DNA of 64,000 bases from Takakia lepidozioides (lineage: Eukaryota > Plantae > Bryophyta). The notes under the pieces are model-generated. The model made no database searches, was not told the DNA's origin, and saw nothing but the letters and a program-made list of their open reading frames with translations. The position numbers and the translations under genes are program-made. Positions within the stretch are counted from its first letter, which is position 1. The number at the start of each line of letters is the position of its first letter. This document shows positions 1 through 12,051 of this stretch, one piece after another. The stretch spans positions 70,680,001 through 70,744,000 of the forward strand of contig CM060731.1 of NCBI GenBank assembly GCA_030704615.1, given 5' to 3'.

Positions 1-59
1 TCTTGGAACTCATTCAGTAATTCTTGCACTTTTGCAAGGGCTTATCTAGGCTTGTTCAT

Positions 60-400
60 TTTCTTTTATACCATAAAGAGAGTGTGAGTAGCACCAGTGT
101 CTATTAGAAATGACACCACCTCCACCATCATATAGCCAAAGTTTTTAATTAATGGAGTACTTATGAATGCCTCGTTACGAATTTTGCTCTCTTTCCGTTG
201 CACTTGTTGCCAAGCTTTAATACATTAATATCTCCATCTTTTGATATCTCCATCTGTATTTAAAGATGTAGTCTTGTACAGATCCACTTTGTCTGATGCT
301 TTTGAAGCTTCATTCAATGGCGTAAACTCAGATAAAATCATTGCTCGGAATGCATCTTAGGTCTCAACCCGCTTGTCAAGATGCTCCTTCCAATGCATTG
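60..400 (-). mobile_element. Highly decayed Ty3/gypsy gag-aspartic protease remnant
   Basis: The minus strand at ~84-110 reads FLIDTGATH (retropepsin D-T-G motif). Gag-like residues lie upstream, broken by stops and frameshifts. Confidence 0.55.
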
Positions 401-1194
401 GCTTGTCTAACCATCAATTTGCGGCAAAACTTTTGAAAAAGGTTGACCAAAACAGATCATCTCCTCTTCCGAAGTTTTTTTTTTTTGCAAGCACATATAG
501 ATCAATTGAAAATAACCAAAGCTCCGATATTTTTACATTTTTTTTCCAAAGATTTTAGAATGGGGATGAGGCTTGAATACACTTTTTGTATTTTGCTCGT
601 TGGTGGTAAGGAATGGATTGTTCTTTATGCTTACTTTAGCCAATTCTTATAATTCTTGATTTGGCTTCTTAATTCTTTCATTTCCGTTTGCATGGCTTCA
701 ATTTTACTGCGGTCCTCCATACTACTAGCTTTCTTTGGACTTGTAGAAGATTTGTTTTCTTCTATTAATGCCGCAGTATGAGATGACTCCCCTTTTTAGT
801 GTTCTAAGACTTCTCTCAATTCTTGACGAGAAGCACAACAACCTTGACTACCCTTAATTGAGCCAATTCTTCAAAGGTATAAGATTGTTTCTTATCCCTT
901 CCTTTCCATGGCATCAGAATGAGTTATTCTCATTGAATCTTTATAACCCCATTGCTATTTGACATAATTTTTTAATCAATCCTTAAGTTACTACTGGTAG
1001 AATGTTACTTTTAACTTAAGTCTCACAATCTTTTCATTTTGATGTAGCCTGTCATACCAACTGTAATGAAACTACTTTTATTAAGGAGTGCAACCAAGTA
1101 ACAGTTACGTTAATGGTCTTGGAAACTAACAAGTCGATAGTGACATTATACATTGGATCAAACAAACCAAACAATAATGCAAATATTATAAACG

Positions 1195-1530
1195 AACTCA
1201 ATGGTGAGAAGGTTAAAATCAATAGATGTAAAGACACTAACATTATGTAAAGCCTATATCCCAGGGAAACAACACAGGGATGAATTCTTTATTGAAGGAG
1301 GTACTAGAATTACAGAACTGTTAGGTCTAATACATGTAGACCAATGCAGACTGCAACACAAAGTGGATCTAAGTACTTCATCACTTCATAGATGATTTCT
1401 CTAGATTTATAGTTGTTTACTTATCAAATCATAAGTCTGGAGTTTCAAAGATTCAAACAGTACAAGGTATTAATTGAAAATCAGTTTAGTAAGAAAATAA
1501 AAGTTATAGGGCCTAATGGAGAAGGTCATA
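1195..1530 (+). mobile_element. Ty1/copia GAG-pre-integrase/integrase fragment
   Basis: LCKAYIPGKQHR...LGLIHVD, then frameshifted (I)TFIDDFSR and IENQFSKKIKVI, typical of the copia integrase N-terminal region. Confidence 0.75.
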
Positions 1531-1675
1531 CGAGGTATTAAGTTAAGTGGAAAAAGAAGGCATGGGGGATTTGGCATGAGGGAGATGACCTTGTTATTTT
1601 TTGGGTGCCAAAGGTTGCATATACTTCATCTTTTCAATATGAAGGGTTTCGATTTGTTCTATATGAAATAAATAT

Positions 1676-2175
1676 NNNNNNNNNNNNNNNNNNNNNNNNN
1701 NNNNNNNNNNNNNNNNNNNNNNNNNNNNNNNNNNNNNNNNNNNNNNNNNNNNNNNNNNNNNNNNNNNNNNNNNNNNNNNNNNNNNNNNNNNNNNNNNNNN
1801 NNNNNNNNNNNNNNNNNNNNNNNNNNNNNNNNNNNNNNNNNNNNNNNNNNNNNNNNNNNNNNNNNNNNNNNNNNNNNNNNNNNNNNNNNNNNNNNNNNNN
1901 NNNNNNNNNNNNNNNNNNNNNNNNNNNNNNNNNNNNNNNNNNNNNNNNNNNNNNNNNNNNNNNNNNNNNNNNNNNNNNNNNNNNNNNNNNNNNNNNNNNN
2001 NNNNNNNNNNNNNNNNNNNNNNNNNNNNNNNNNNNNNNNNNNNNNNNNNNNNNNNNNNNNNNNNNNNNNNNNNNNNNNNNNNNNNNNNNNNNNNNNNNNN
2101 NNNNNNNNNNNNNNNNNNNNNNNNNNNNNNNNNNNNNNNNNNNNNNNNNNNNNNNNNNNNNNNNNNNNNNNNNNN
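1676..2175. other. Assembly gap (500 N)
   Basis: Run of N. Contiguity across it is not guaranteed. Confidence 1.
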
Positions 2176-5100
2176 CCCTACAACTATTGCCCCACTCCAA
2201 CCAGTATGTCCGAAGGACACAAAGACAGGCAACCTTGGCGGTACAGGGAAGAGAGAGGGGGGGGGGAAGGGGGTAAACGGGAGGGGGGGAAATCCGTACC
2301 CTGGAGCCCTGCTTTCATCCAAACCTCATGGAGACGTGCTCGGATGTCCAAGGGCGGATTCTGACCGCACACACACTGATGCGTCACGGGTAAACCTTCA
2401 CGTGCTCATTTTTGTCCCCTGGCCCGGATTGCAATTGCTGCCGCTAGCTATTAATACCGCCCGCTTTGTTCCTCAGGTGCTTCATGTTTGGGCAGGGACG
2501 TTGTCCGGACAGGCATGTGTTTCGCCTTCGAGCCAGATACTGCCCTCCACAACTCGGAAACTTGCAGCGGCTGAACGTCTACCGAAAGAGGAAGAGCATC
2601 CTCGGAGGATGAGGAAAATTCCGAGAAGGAGCAGGGGAGGAAGTTGGGATCGAGGCCGAGGAGCCCCCGGTTTTACGAGTGAGTGGTGGCATTGTAAGTT
2701 GCCTCCGATTTCGTAGGCACCTCCCTCCGCTCTCTTATTTCATTGAAAACCCTTTCTGGTTTGTGCTGGTATTGACATCTTGAAGTGGATTTGTTCTTAC
2801 TGTAGGATGCCAAGTACTGCCGGAGGACGTCTACACCGGAGTTCCATGGGCAGGAGGAACGTGCATTTTTTTGGCCAGGGGGGATTTCATGCCTAGTCCA
2901 GAAAGGGAGTACATCCTTCCTACTTATGCTGCCCGGCTTCTTCGGTGTCCATTAGGAGGTGTTCCGAACGTAGTCGTGTACAGCAGATTTTAGACGAGGC
3001 AAGCCTCAAGAAAATGAAGATGAGGGAGGAGGCAGCAGCTATTAGAGCCCGTCGGGCTCGTAGATTTGTCTTGGATTCTGCTAAGGAAAGTGGGGGAGAA
3101 GACGCAGAGGATTCCTAGGAGGTGAGGTGGACAGTCCCCCAAGGAGAGGACGGGATTTTTGAGAGGCATAGTGGAACTGATGCATCACAGAGCTCGGAGG
3201 ATGAGGGGGATGAGGGGGATGAGGAAGAAGGTGGGCAAGTTCCTCGGAGGGTGTAGGAGAGTAGTGCCCATTTCCGGCTATGACAGTTAGAACACACTTG
3301 TATAGATGTGGCTTGCCACAAAATTTGCAATAAAATGTTGCATTTCAAGTCCACTGGTAGCCAATTCCCACTTCACATGACCCTATTTCCGTGCCTCCTA
3401 ACCCTATTTCCGTGGATTCACAATGGTCTGCTCATGCTTTTTTTTTTTCCCGCTCATGCTCATGCCGCTCATGAAATAGCAGCCCCCCCTGACTATGTCT
3501 CCATCACTAGAGGCACAAGGGCAAGCGTTTACCAGCAGCTACACCAACATCCCTAACTGCAGCACTAGTAGTGGGACAAGTAAAGATGGAGCTGGGAAAT
3601 CCACTCCAAGCTCCTGCTGCAGCACCAACACCCGTACTTGCCTTTAAAACCCAGTTTTGGCGTTCTTCGAGGAGTGAAGGAGAAACTACCAGGGGATAAT
3701 GACGGAGAAATTGCGGAATTGCAAGAGTTCCAGCGCAAGCCTACTGATAGGTTGAGGGAGGCTTACACGCACATGAGGCGATTAATAAATGTAACCCAAG
3801 GGGTTACGGAAGCTCAAGCAGTCCATTCTGGTATGGGATATTGGACAAGGAGCTGAGGAGAAGGGTGCGGGATGCACTCTCCTACAAGTGGACCAACAAC
3901 CCACCTTAGCAAACGTGTTTTTGCTGGCAGAGCGGATAGAGCTCAATGGGTGGAGGAGCGAGTGGTCATGGTGGGGTTTGGTAGGAGACACAACAAGTGG
4001 GGCTCCTAGTCCACAACAACCACTACCCCAACTGCTCAAGGCAACAAGGGGGCTCAGGCGAAGCCCAGGGAAGGACAGAGAGGATCTCAATTGCAGAGGT
4101 CACTTCCTTCATTCTCAGGCCAACAACAGTCGGGTATGACATATTGGGATTGTGGAGGACCCTATGTTAAGAGAGATTGCCCGGAGAGAGGCAAAGGGCC
4201 GGCACAGGCACAACCTACACAACTACAGTGTGGGCATTGTGGCAAGTATGGGCATGAAGAGGCCCATTGTTATGACTTGCATCCTGAGCTATGGCCAGGC
4301 CAGTTCCAGGGAACAATGGTGGCCGAGGACGAGGCAATGTAGTCCAGAGTAGAGGAGGCAGATGTCGCGGTGGAGGTCGTAACCAAACCAAGGAGCACAA
4401 GGTCAGGTCAAGTCATGCTAAAGGCATGTGGATAGGCTTTCCGCTAGAGCAACATCTTGCTGTCATGGCCACTACTAATGTTGCATCAACTCCAAGGCCT
4501 GAGGTTCAAGCCCCACCTGCACAACCTCCTATGCCTAGGGAAGACCAGATTGGTATGGGCTTCATGTGTGGAGCCGCACTTGGTGGACCATTGCATGTGG
4601 ACTCTGCAGCTATTGTCACTCGAGCAGCAACGCGTGCTCCTGAGCCAAGAGGAGCAGATGTGGATTTTGATCCACAAAGGGGGGAAGCAAGTCAACAGAC
4701 AAGGCTTCCACAGTCTTTCACATTGGCTGAGACAAGTGCCAACTACGCCATCGATGGTACCCGCTCATCCAAGTGTGTCAGAGGTAGAGCCACGAGTACC
4801 ATGGAGAGAGTTGGGTGTGGCTCGGGAAATGCCAGTGGTGGTGCTGCAAAGCAAGGTGCAGCCAGTACATTGTTGGGGCGGCTACGGCGGTTTGCCAAGC
4901 TCCATTGTTTTCTGCCACGACAATTGCAATGTCGGGGATGCGGCCAGCTGCAGTGTTTAGACTGGCAGCTGCACTCTGTAGAGTGGTGATGCATCAGCAC
5001 TATCTGCGGGGATAGCGGATAAGGTGCAATGCATGAATGCCCTGGATTCAAGGGTGAAGACAGCCACAGCTGCACCATGGCAAGCGGCAACTGCAAGGTT

Positions 5101-5929
5101 GCAGGAGTTGTCAGCTAGACCAGCCATTGAGCGTAGTATGGTGACTCCTGGGGTAGTCCTGGTGGACAATCAGGATGGTGTGTTTCAGTTGAGTGGCCCC
5201 GCCGGGAGGAGGTATAGGCCACTGCGGGTCTTGTTGGACTCGGGCACAGCCATTGATGTTGGAAGAGCAGCAATTGCAGGCTTGGGCCTTACAGAGGCGG
5301 ATTTGGAGCCTTGCCCTTTCCAAATTCAAACATCTTTGGTGGTTCAGAGAAGGCACGAGGGATTACTGCCATGAGCTCTTCATTCGATTGCAACTAGATC
5401 ATCCTACGGATGGCTCAGTCATGAGAGCTAAAGCCATTGTTACGGACGCGATGTCCTATGATGTGCTTGTTGGTGGGGCTGTGTTATACCCCATGGGCTT
5501 TTGGGAGAAAATGACATCCTACAGGCCGGAATGGCAGTCAGGAGATGGCCGACGTGCACTGCTCCCAGTGCGGTTTATTAGGAATGTAGCGGTGATCATA
5601 GGAACATGATGCCCACATTGGCTGCATTCTCAGGAGTGGTGGTTTGGGGTGGTGAGCTCTTGGAGGGCAATAGCCATGCAATGATAGGCCATCACCTGAT
5701 GAGGACAAACAATTGGCATACAAGGCTGATTTGCTTCCTCATGTGCCTGTGCATATTCCACTGTGGGGTACGGTTGGGAATTTGCATCGAGTAGCAGACG
5801 AGTGTGTGCACCAAGCATGGCAGGAGGCCTTCCATTGGATGAGTGAGGGGAGTTCAGTGACATCACCTGGACCTCCTAAGTTAGCTCCTTTGGACACAGT
5901 GCCCATTCCTGGCAACCACCTGACTCAGG

Positions 5930-6880
5930 GATTTGTTTGCTAGAGCTGTTTGGAGGCATGAGCACTGGGCTTGCAGGAGTGTTGCAAGCAAGGATTAAAG
6001 TACGCAAGTACTTGTATGTGGAGAAGGATGAGATAGCTGGCGTATTTCTATGCGCCACATTCCTGCTCGCACACCGGTATCTGAGTTGTTGCCTCTCTCA
6101 GCAATTCAAGGGTATCAAAAGGCCTTGCCAGCAAACATTACCTTGCTGGGGGCGGATGGTTTGGACCGATATGGTTCCATTGACTTGGTGATAGCTGGAT
6201 GGCCTTGCCAAGGACACTCTCCTGCATGTCATGGGAATGGCTTGCATGATGCACGACCGCATTTGTTTTGGGAGATGTTGCGAGTGTTGCGGGACTTGCA
6301 GACGAGGCAAGTGCAACCTCTAGGCTATATCTTGGAGAATATTCCTCTTATGGGAGATTCTCGGGCCAGGGTAATGGCCAGTGTGCATCAGGTGCGGTCT
6401 TGGATTGGATCGGCAGTGTTATTGGATGCAGCAGCGGTGCGATCACGTGCGTCGACCTTGATTGTGGTGGACCAATCTTGCACCACCAGAGCTGCTCAAG
6501 AGAGCATACGATTCCATTCATCGGCCACCCAATCTCATGGTTGAGGGCATTTTGGACCAAGGGAGACAACCACATAGGGTGTGACATGATGACCGTCCAC
6601 CTCTAGCAGTGGTCAATCGAGTGGGGCAGCCACATGCGGCCTTGACTACGCTCATGAGCTTTCCCTTGTCTCATGCTTTTCGAGACAATGGTCCTGGATT
6701 GATTTGGGACAGTGTGTTACAGCAATTGGTGGAGCCCAATGCAGATGAGCGAGAGCGGGCAATGGGATTTGCCACCGGCACTACAGATGTGCCAGCTCTG
6801 TCAGAGGCATCACGCCGCCAAGTGTTGGGTCAAGCAATGGATCTAAATTGCTTGACATGGATAATTGGCTTGTGCATGGC
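5930..6880 (+). pseudogene. C5 cytosine DNA methyltransferase domain embedded in the retrotransposon pol region
   Basis: Ordered motifs across frameshifts: I LELFGG, II YVEKD, IV DLVIAGWPCQGHS, VI YILEN, VIII (R)P*LWWTNL (~6450-6480), IX/X EPNADERERAMGF...RRQVLGQAMD. Confidence 0.9.
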
Positions 6881-7259
6881 TGAGCAACGGAGATTGCAAG
6901 CATTGATGGCTACTTTTGCACTCCCATTGGATAGTGCATCCTCCCTGCCAACCGAGACGGTTGAGGCAGTGAGTGGGGGCGAGCACAGGATCGTGGGTTG
7001 TAAACACCCATGACAGATGTGGGATGAGATGCGCAAAGAGAGAGTCATTGGATCTCTCAAGCAGCAATATGAGGAGTGGGGAGAGCCATGGACTGAGGAT
7101 CAGTTGGAGGCCAAGGTGGCCAAGGTTTTTGAAGAGGTTGAGAATGTTTCTTGCTTAGAGGATGTTCTCAAGGTGGCTATGGCGGAGCAAGTGGAGGCTA
7201 CGCCACAGTCAGATTGGGCGGACAAGGCCCAAGAGGTTGTTATCTAGCAACCAAAGGAT

Positions 7260-8735
7260 TTGTCTCCTACCTCCAAGCCTGCTGTACCTAAGGTTGCAGT
7301 CACTGAGGACAATTGGGAACCAGATGTTGGACCTACAGTCACCGGAGGAGAAAGACGGAGGATCCAGCGATTTCTAAGGGCTTATAGGAATTGCTTTGCC
7401 TTCGGATTGAAGGATTTGGGGAGTTTGAAGGGTCAGGAAATTTGTATTGATTTGGCAAGTGACACGCCAATCTTTCGAAGGCCCTACCGGTATAGTGACA
7501 TAGAGAGGTCATTGATCCAGTCACGGACTATGAAGTTGTTCGAAGTTGGATTGGTGGAGTTGTCAGGCGAGGAGTATGCCTCGGCAACGGTGATGCCAGC
7601 TAAGAAGGATATCTATGGCAATTGGACAGAAAGAATGATGTGTGGAGACTATCGTCCTGTGAACCGTCAGACTAAGTCCGATAGATATGAGGAGATCTTT
7701 GATGCCATTGGGCATACAAAGGTGTTTAGCACATTGGACTTGCGATCCGGTTACCACCAGTTGCCAATCAAAGAGGCTGACAAGCAAAACACGGCATTCT
7801 GGGGGATTGACCAACATGGGAAGGATTGTTTGTACCAATGGCGGTTCTTACCGTTTGGGTTGAAGAATGCTCCTGCAGAGTTTCAGAGGGTCATGGATAG
7901 GATTCTCGCGGGGCTAGACTTCGCTCGGTGCTATATTGATGACATCATCGTCTTTAGTGCTACAGTTGAGGAGCATGAGAGACACCTTCAGGTGGTGTTT
8001 GAGCACTTGAGAGCGCACGGGTTGAAACTGCACCCCGGAAAGTTCTTCCACAATCAGATTGAGTATCTGGGCCACATGATATACCCTAGAGGATTGGGTG
8101 TTCAACAAACAAAGGTGGAGGCCATTGCATGCATTCCACGCCCCATGGATGTGAGCAGAGTTCGTGCTTTCATGGGATTGGCAAACTACTATCGACGGTT
8201 TGTCAAGGGATTTAGTAGCATTGCAAAGGCTCTTACCAAGTTGACCAAGGTGGGTCAGGAGTGGCAGTGGGAGGAGGAGCAGGAGGAAGCCTTTGAGGAA
8301 CTCAAGGCTCGATTGACTTCTGCACCTATTCTGAGGCGGCCTATTCGGGGGCGGCCTTTCCAGCTACATACGGATTGGAGTATGCTGGGGATTGGAGCAG
8401 TGCTCACACAGGTAGAGGGAAGAGAGTTTGTAGTGGCATATGCTAGCCACTCGAACAATGATGCCGAGGCGAAGTATAGTTCCTCTGAATGGGAGTGTCT
8501 AGTTGCGGTATGGGCAGTGACACATTTCAGATGCTACCTCTATGGCAATCTCTTCACCCTTGTCACAGATCACCAACCATTGAAGTGGTTGATGGAGTCA
8601 GACAAGCTTACAAGGAAGCTTGCACGGTGGGCACTTATGCTTCAAGAGTACGACTTCCAGGTGGTGCATCGAGTCGGTATTGTCAATGGGGATGCAGATG
8701 GATTGAGTCCAATGGGTCGAGATGGCATGGTATGA
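7260..8735 (+). CDS. Reverse transcriptase-RNase H (Ty3/gypsy), with small internal deletions
   Basis: 491-aa ORF with canonical gypsy RT and RNase H motifs. Confidence 0.92.
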   Translation: MSPTSKPAVPKVAVTEDNWEPDVGPTVTGGERRRIQRFLRAYRNCFAFGLKDLGSLKGQEICIDLASDTPIFRRPYRYSDIERSLIQSRTMKLFEVGLVELSGEEYASATVMPAKKDIYGNWTERMMCGDYRPVNRQTKSDRYEEIFDAIGHTKVFSTLDLRSGYHQLPIKEADKQNTAFWGIDQHGKDCLYQWRFLPFGLKNAPAEFQRVMDRILAGLDFARCYIDDIIVFSATVEEHERHLQVVFEHLRAHGLKLHPGKFFHNQIEYLGHMIYPRGLGVQQTKVEAIACIPRPMDVSRVRAFMGLANYYRRFVKGFSSIAKALTKLTKVGQEWQWEEEQEEAFEELKARLTSAPILRRPIRGRPFQLHTDWSMLGIGAVLTQVEGREFVVAYASHSNNDAEAKYSSSEWECLVAVWAVTHFRCYLYGNLFTLVTDHQPLKWLMESDKLTRKLARWALMLQEYDFQVVHRVGIVNGDADGLSPMGRDGMV

Positions 8736-8889
8736 AAGGACCATGTGCGCAATTGTGCGCCATGTCACCTTCCACATGTGGATAGGAGGATGATCCAATT
8801 GAAAAGGTGTGAAACCTGTTGTGACCTAAACGCAAGACGATAGGCCCATAAAGCAGAAAATAATTTTGTATTCTAATCGCTCCCGTGCC

Positions 8890-9760
8890 CAATATGGTCC
8901 AATGGCGCTTGGGTGATATGGTGTTGTCTTTCGATGCTTTGGTCATGTATTTATCTGTCTATTGCTCAATATTGGAATTCAGAAAGTGCGTACCCCCTAT
9001 CACTGACTGACCAACTCCTGAGGACATCCAAACCGCAATATGATATTCTCATAAAGAAATTGAGCTACCACCTTGGCTGTATTAGTTCGTGTGGCCAAGG
9101 CTTCGGCCCATTTAGTCACATATTCGGTTGCCACTAGAATATAGTGCTTCATTCCTCAATGCAGCAGATATTGGGCCCATAAAATTCGATACCCCACTTA
9201 TCAGATGGTACTTCTACTAGAATCGGAGTTAATGGCATTGAACTAAACTTCACTAGCTTCCCGACATGTTGATATGCATCACACTTCCTCACATAAGCAT
9301 ATGCATCCTGAAATAAGATAGGCCACCGATAGCCAGCCAAGAGCACATTGCGCCCTGGCATCGCTTGCAAAATGTCCACCACAATCAATCAGTGTGACAG
9401 CCCGGCCCTCCAATACACGAGGTATTTCAGCCAAAGTCACACAGTGTCGTAAATCTCCATCTTTTCCCATTTTAAACAATGTGCCGCGTACTATGTTATA
9501 GGGTCGAGCATGCTCTGCCAAGCGACGTTGGTCCTTCAAAGATGCTCATTCGGGATATATTTGCAAGGATAAATAATTGAATATATATGTATATTCACTC
9601 GTAAGCACATCCACCACAAGCCTATGGTCTGATAGATATACAGGCTCATCAAGAATCTTCGAGTATGTGGTGATTGCCACACCTCCGCCAAATTCATCTC
9701 AAAGATTGTTGGCCGAGCAATTTTTGTATGGGACGCTAACCGCTTTCACCACTTTGAAGA
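8890..9760 (-). mobile_element. Ty3/gypsy integrase fragment from a second element in the opposite orientation
   Basis: CGGHFA..AGYRWP..DAYAYVRKCD (zinc-binding region), KWGIEF, and YILVATEYVTKWAEA..ENIILRFGCPQELVS-DRGTHFLN..HRKTTPYHP (core), frameshifted. Confidence 0.85.
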
Positions 9761-9766
9761 TGGGAT

Positions 9767-10035
9767 TTGTTCTGGAGTGCGATGATTGCAGGATATGCTC
9801 AGCATGGGTTTGGTAAGGAAGCTTTTGAGATCTATGAGCAAATGCTACAGGCAGGGGTGACCCCTGATTTGGTCACCTTCATTTGCATTCTCAATGCATG
9901 TGCCCTGGAAAAGGGCAAAAGGGTTCATGCTGACATTATCAAAACTGGAACTGGGTCATATATTAATTTGGAGAATACCTTAGTGAACATGTATGCTAAA
10001 TGCGGGAGCCTGAAGGATGCTTGCCAAGTGCTGAG
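9767..10035 (+). pseudogene. PLS-class PPR gene fragment
   Basis: [66 protein letters not shown]. About 2.5 motifs, abutting the integrase fragment. Confidence 0.85.
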
Positions 10036-10827
10036 GAGACTAAGAGAGGCCTAAGGAGGGCTTGGGTTTCTCGATTTTTCTGGATGTTTTTTTTCCTTTC
10101 TTTATTTCGGGAGGGCGATCAGTGCAGCTACATGGGGTGGTTATTTGATGTGATGTCTGATGCTTAGGGAGGGACGGGAGGAGGGAGGGACGGAGGGAGG
10201 GGGAGGGGAGGGGTGTCTACATACCGGGCAGAAAAGGGGGTTCAAATCCCCCTCACTTCTTGGGCATAGATAGGGGTATGCCTATGTTATACTTTTGCAT
10301 TGTTAAAATAAATTGTATGGGGGATGACCCGCCTCTTTTTGTGCCAATTGAACGTAGTTCTCATAATTCGTCGCTAGTAGTGCAAAGCAACGCGAAGCCC
10401 TAGTATACTTAGACTGCTTTTGTGATACAGAGATATATCGTAGATGTGTTGGTTAGTGTGTAGTTTCTTAGAAATGTTATAACGTGGAGGTCCTAGGTTC
10501 AAGTATGCATTGCCTAAATATATGTAGAACAATGAACGAACTGCCATTGGACAGAACCGGAGTCAATGGTCAACGCCGGAGTCAACGGTCAACTAGTTTT
10601 TGAATTCAAATTTTCGGGCCTTTTTTAGAGTACGCTTTTAGACATGATTCTCAAATTTTATCTCAGAGCTTACAAATCATTTCTAGCTAGTAGCTATAGA
10701 TCTTAACCCAAAATGTGCATGTTCATCAAATATTATTACTAGATACAGGAAAGAAAAAAAGAATCTGCGACGTTCTTGCAAGAAAGTCGAGACAAAAATT
10801 TGGTAAAAACTAAAAACCATGACTCAC

Positions 10828-12051
10828 CTCCATGATATCGAGCGAAAGGTGACGCAAGTCCACATCCGGATTATCAAAAAGCTCAAGTGGCAAAGTGATT
10901 TTCTGTGGCAAGCCCTTCAAGTCCACCCACGAGAGTCCTTTAACTGGAGCTCCTTCAGCAGGCTGCACGTCAGTTTCCGGCTACGGCTTCTCATCCATCT
11001 CCTCCTTCATATCCTCCACTTGGCACCGATAAAGATGGTGGTACTTCATATTGGAGAACAGCTCCAAACCGTATGGCCGTGGCGGAAAGCTCCCACACTT
11101 CTCCGGATCAAAATACTCCACCCCGGTTTCCCAATGCCTATCCCGGGATGACGCGCCCGGGTCTTCAAGTCCTTTTCCCGTCATCACAAAGTGAAATTCG
11201 TCGGCGAAAATAGACCGCCGGAATGTCGAATCCCCACTGGAGCCGAAATCTAACGACGCGCGCCGGAAATCTTTCCCGCCTATTTCTCCCCCGGTCGTAC
11301 TAACAATCTCTGGTCGTCCGCTCACGTCCAGCGACGACCGTCGTCCACTTCTCATCAGCGAGTCATGCTGACGGCGCTCATCGTCGGCAGCACTGATCGT
11401 CAGTGCCGGCGAGGGTATACGAGGAGTGCTCATAATGGTTCTTGGATATCGAATCATCGCGGGCGGGAAAACCACGGCCGGGTTTACTCTGGGGCTCCCG
11501 GGTCGGGAATTCGGCGCACCAAACGCTCCTCGAGGAGACAAAAACTGGGTTTCTAGAGAGGCAGGTGCGATCCCGGGCCGGGTGGCCAAACCCAGGCGAG
11601 GGCTATAAACCCTGGTCGATGGACGGGGTGTAGCGGGGTCCCCATCGATCGGCCAGGGGGAAGAGGGAAGCGGGGGGCCGCCCCAAACAGCGGGTGGGGG
11701 GGATCGAGTGACTTCAAAGTCTTTCACAACCCCGAAAGAGCGAGACAATGTTGGTCGGGCGGGATAGCGCTGGGCGGGGCTTCCATGCAGTGGGCCGGGT
11801 GTCGTGGAGGCTGACCACGGCCACGTAAGGTCAGACCGTGTTCGAGCCGGTCGGAGCCGGGTTCCGTAAGGGGAACGCGGCCAGCGCGGGTCGGGTCCGA
11901 AGTTGCAAGACCGGGCGGCCAGAGGAGCCGGCGCTCTCGTACTGCGGCTCATACTTCCGGGTGTAGTCGGGTGATGATCCATTCCCCTGCTCGGTTCTTT
12001 GGGTTTTGAGTCACACCTGTTCCATACTCGAAGCTGAAATAGAGAAGCCAA
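10828..12051 (-). pseudogene. Large first exon of a host-type gene with one in-frame stop; weak resemblance to the axonemal dynein heavy chain (DNAH1-like) N-terminus
   Basis: 356-aa Pro/Ser/Arg-rich ORF. Reading through the TAG at 10981-10983 gives ...GLPQKITLPLELFDNPDVDLR..DIME followed by a GTGAGT donor at ~10827. No downstream exons were recognised. Confidence 0.35.

Larger units (their letters stand above)
2176..8735 (+). mobile_element. Decayed Ty3/gypsy LTR retrotransposon body (gag-AP-DNMT-RT-RNaseH), truncated before integrase
   Basis: Gag zinc knuckles (WDCGGPYVKRDC and CGHCGKYGHEEAHC, ~4145-4270), protease VLLDSG (~5230), RT motifs LDLRSGYHQ / PFGLKNAP / YIDD, and RNaseH TDWS..GIGAVL / TDHQPL / DADGLS. 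No LTR pair was found. The 5' boundary abuts the gap and is approximate. Confidence 0.9.

Noticed and set aside
1594-2322. Three long ORFs in the ORF track
   Set aside because: Artefacts of translating through the 500-N gap.
2176-10270. LTR pair, PBS or PPT for the DNMT retrotransposon
   Set aside because: G-rich tracts at ~2250-2290 and ~10165-10215 are not alignable direct repeats. No TG...CA pair or PBS was recognised.
10440-10510. tRNA or SINE (B-box-like GGTTCAAGT)
   Set aside because: No cloverleaf and no convincing A-box spacing or tail.
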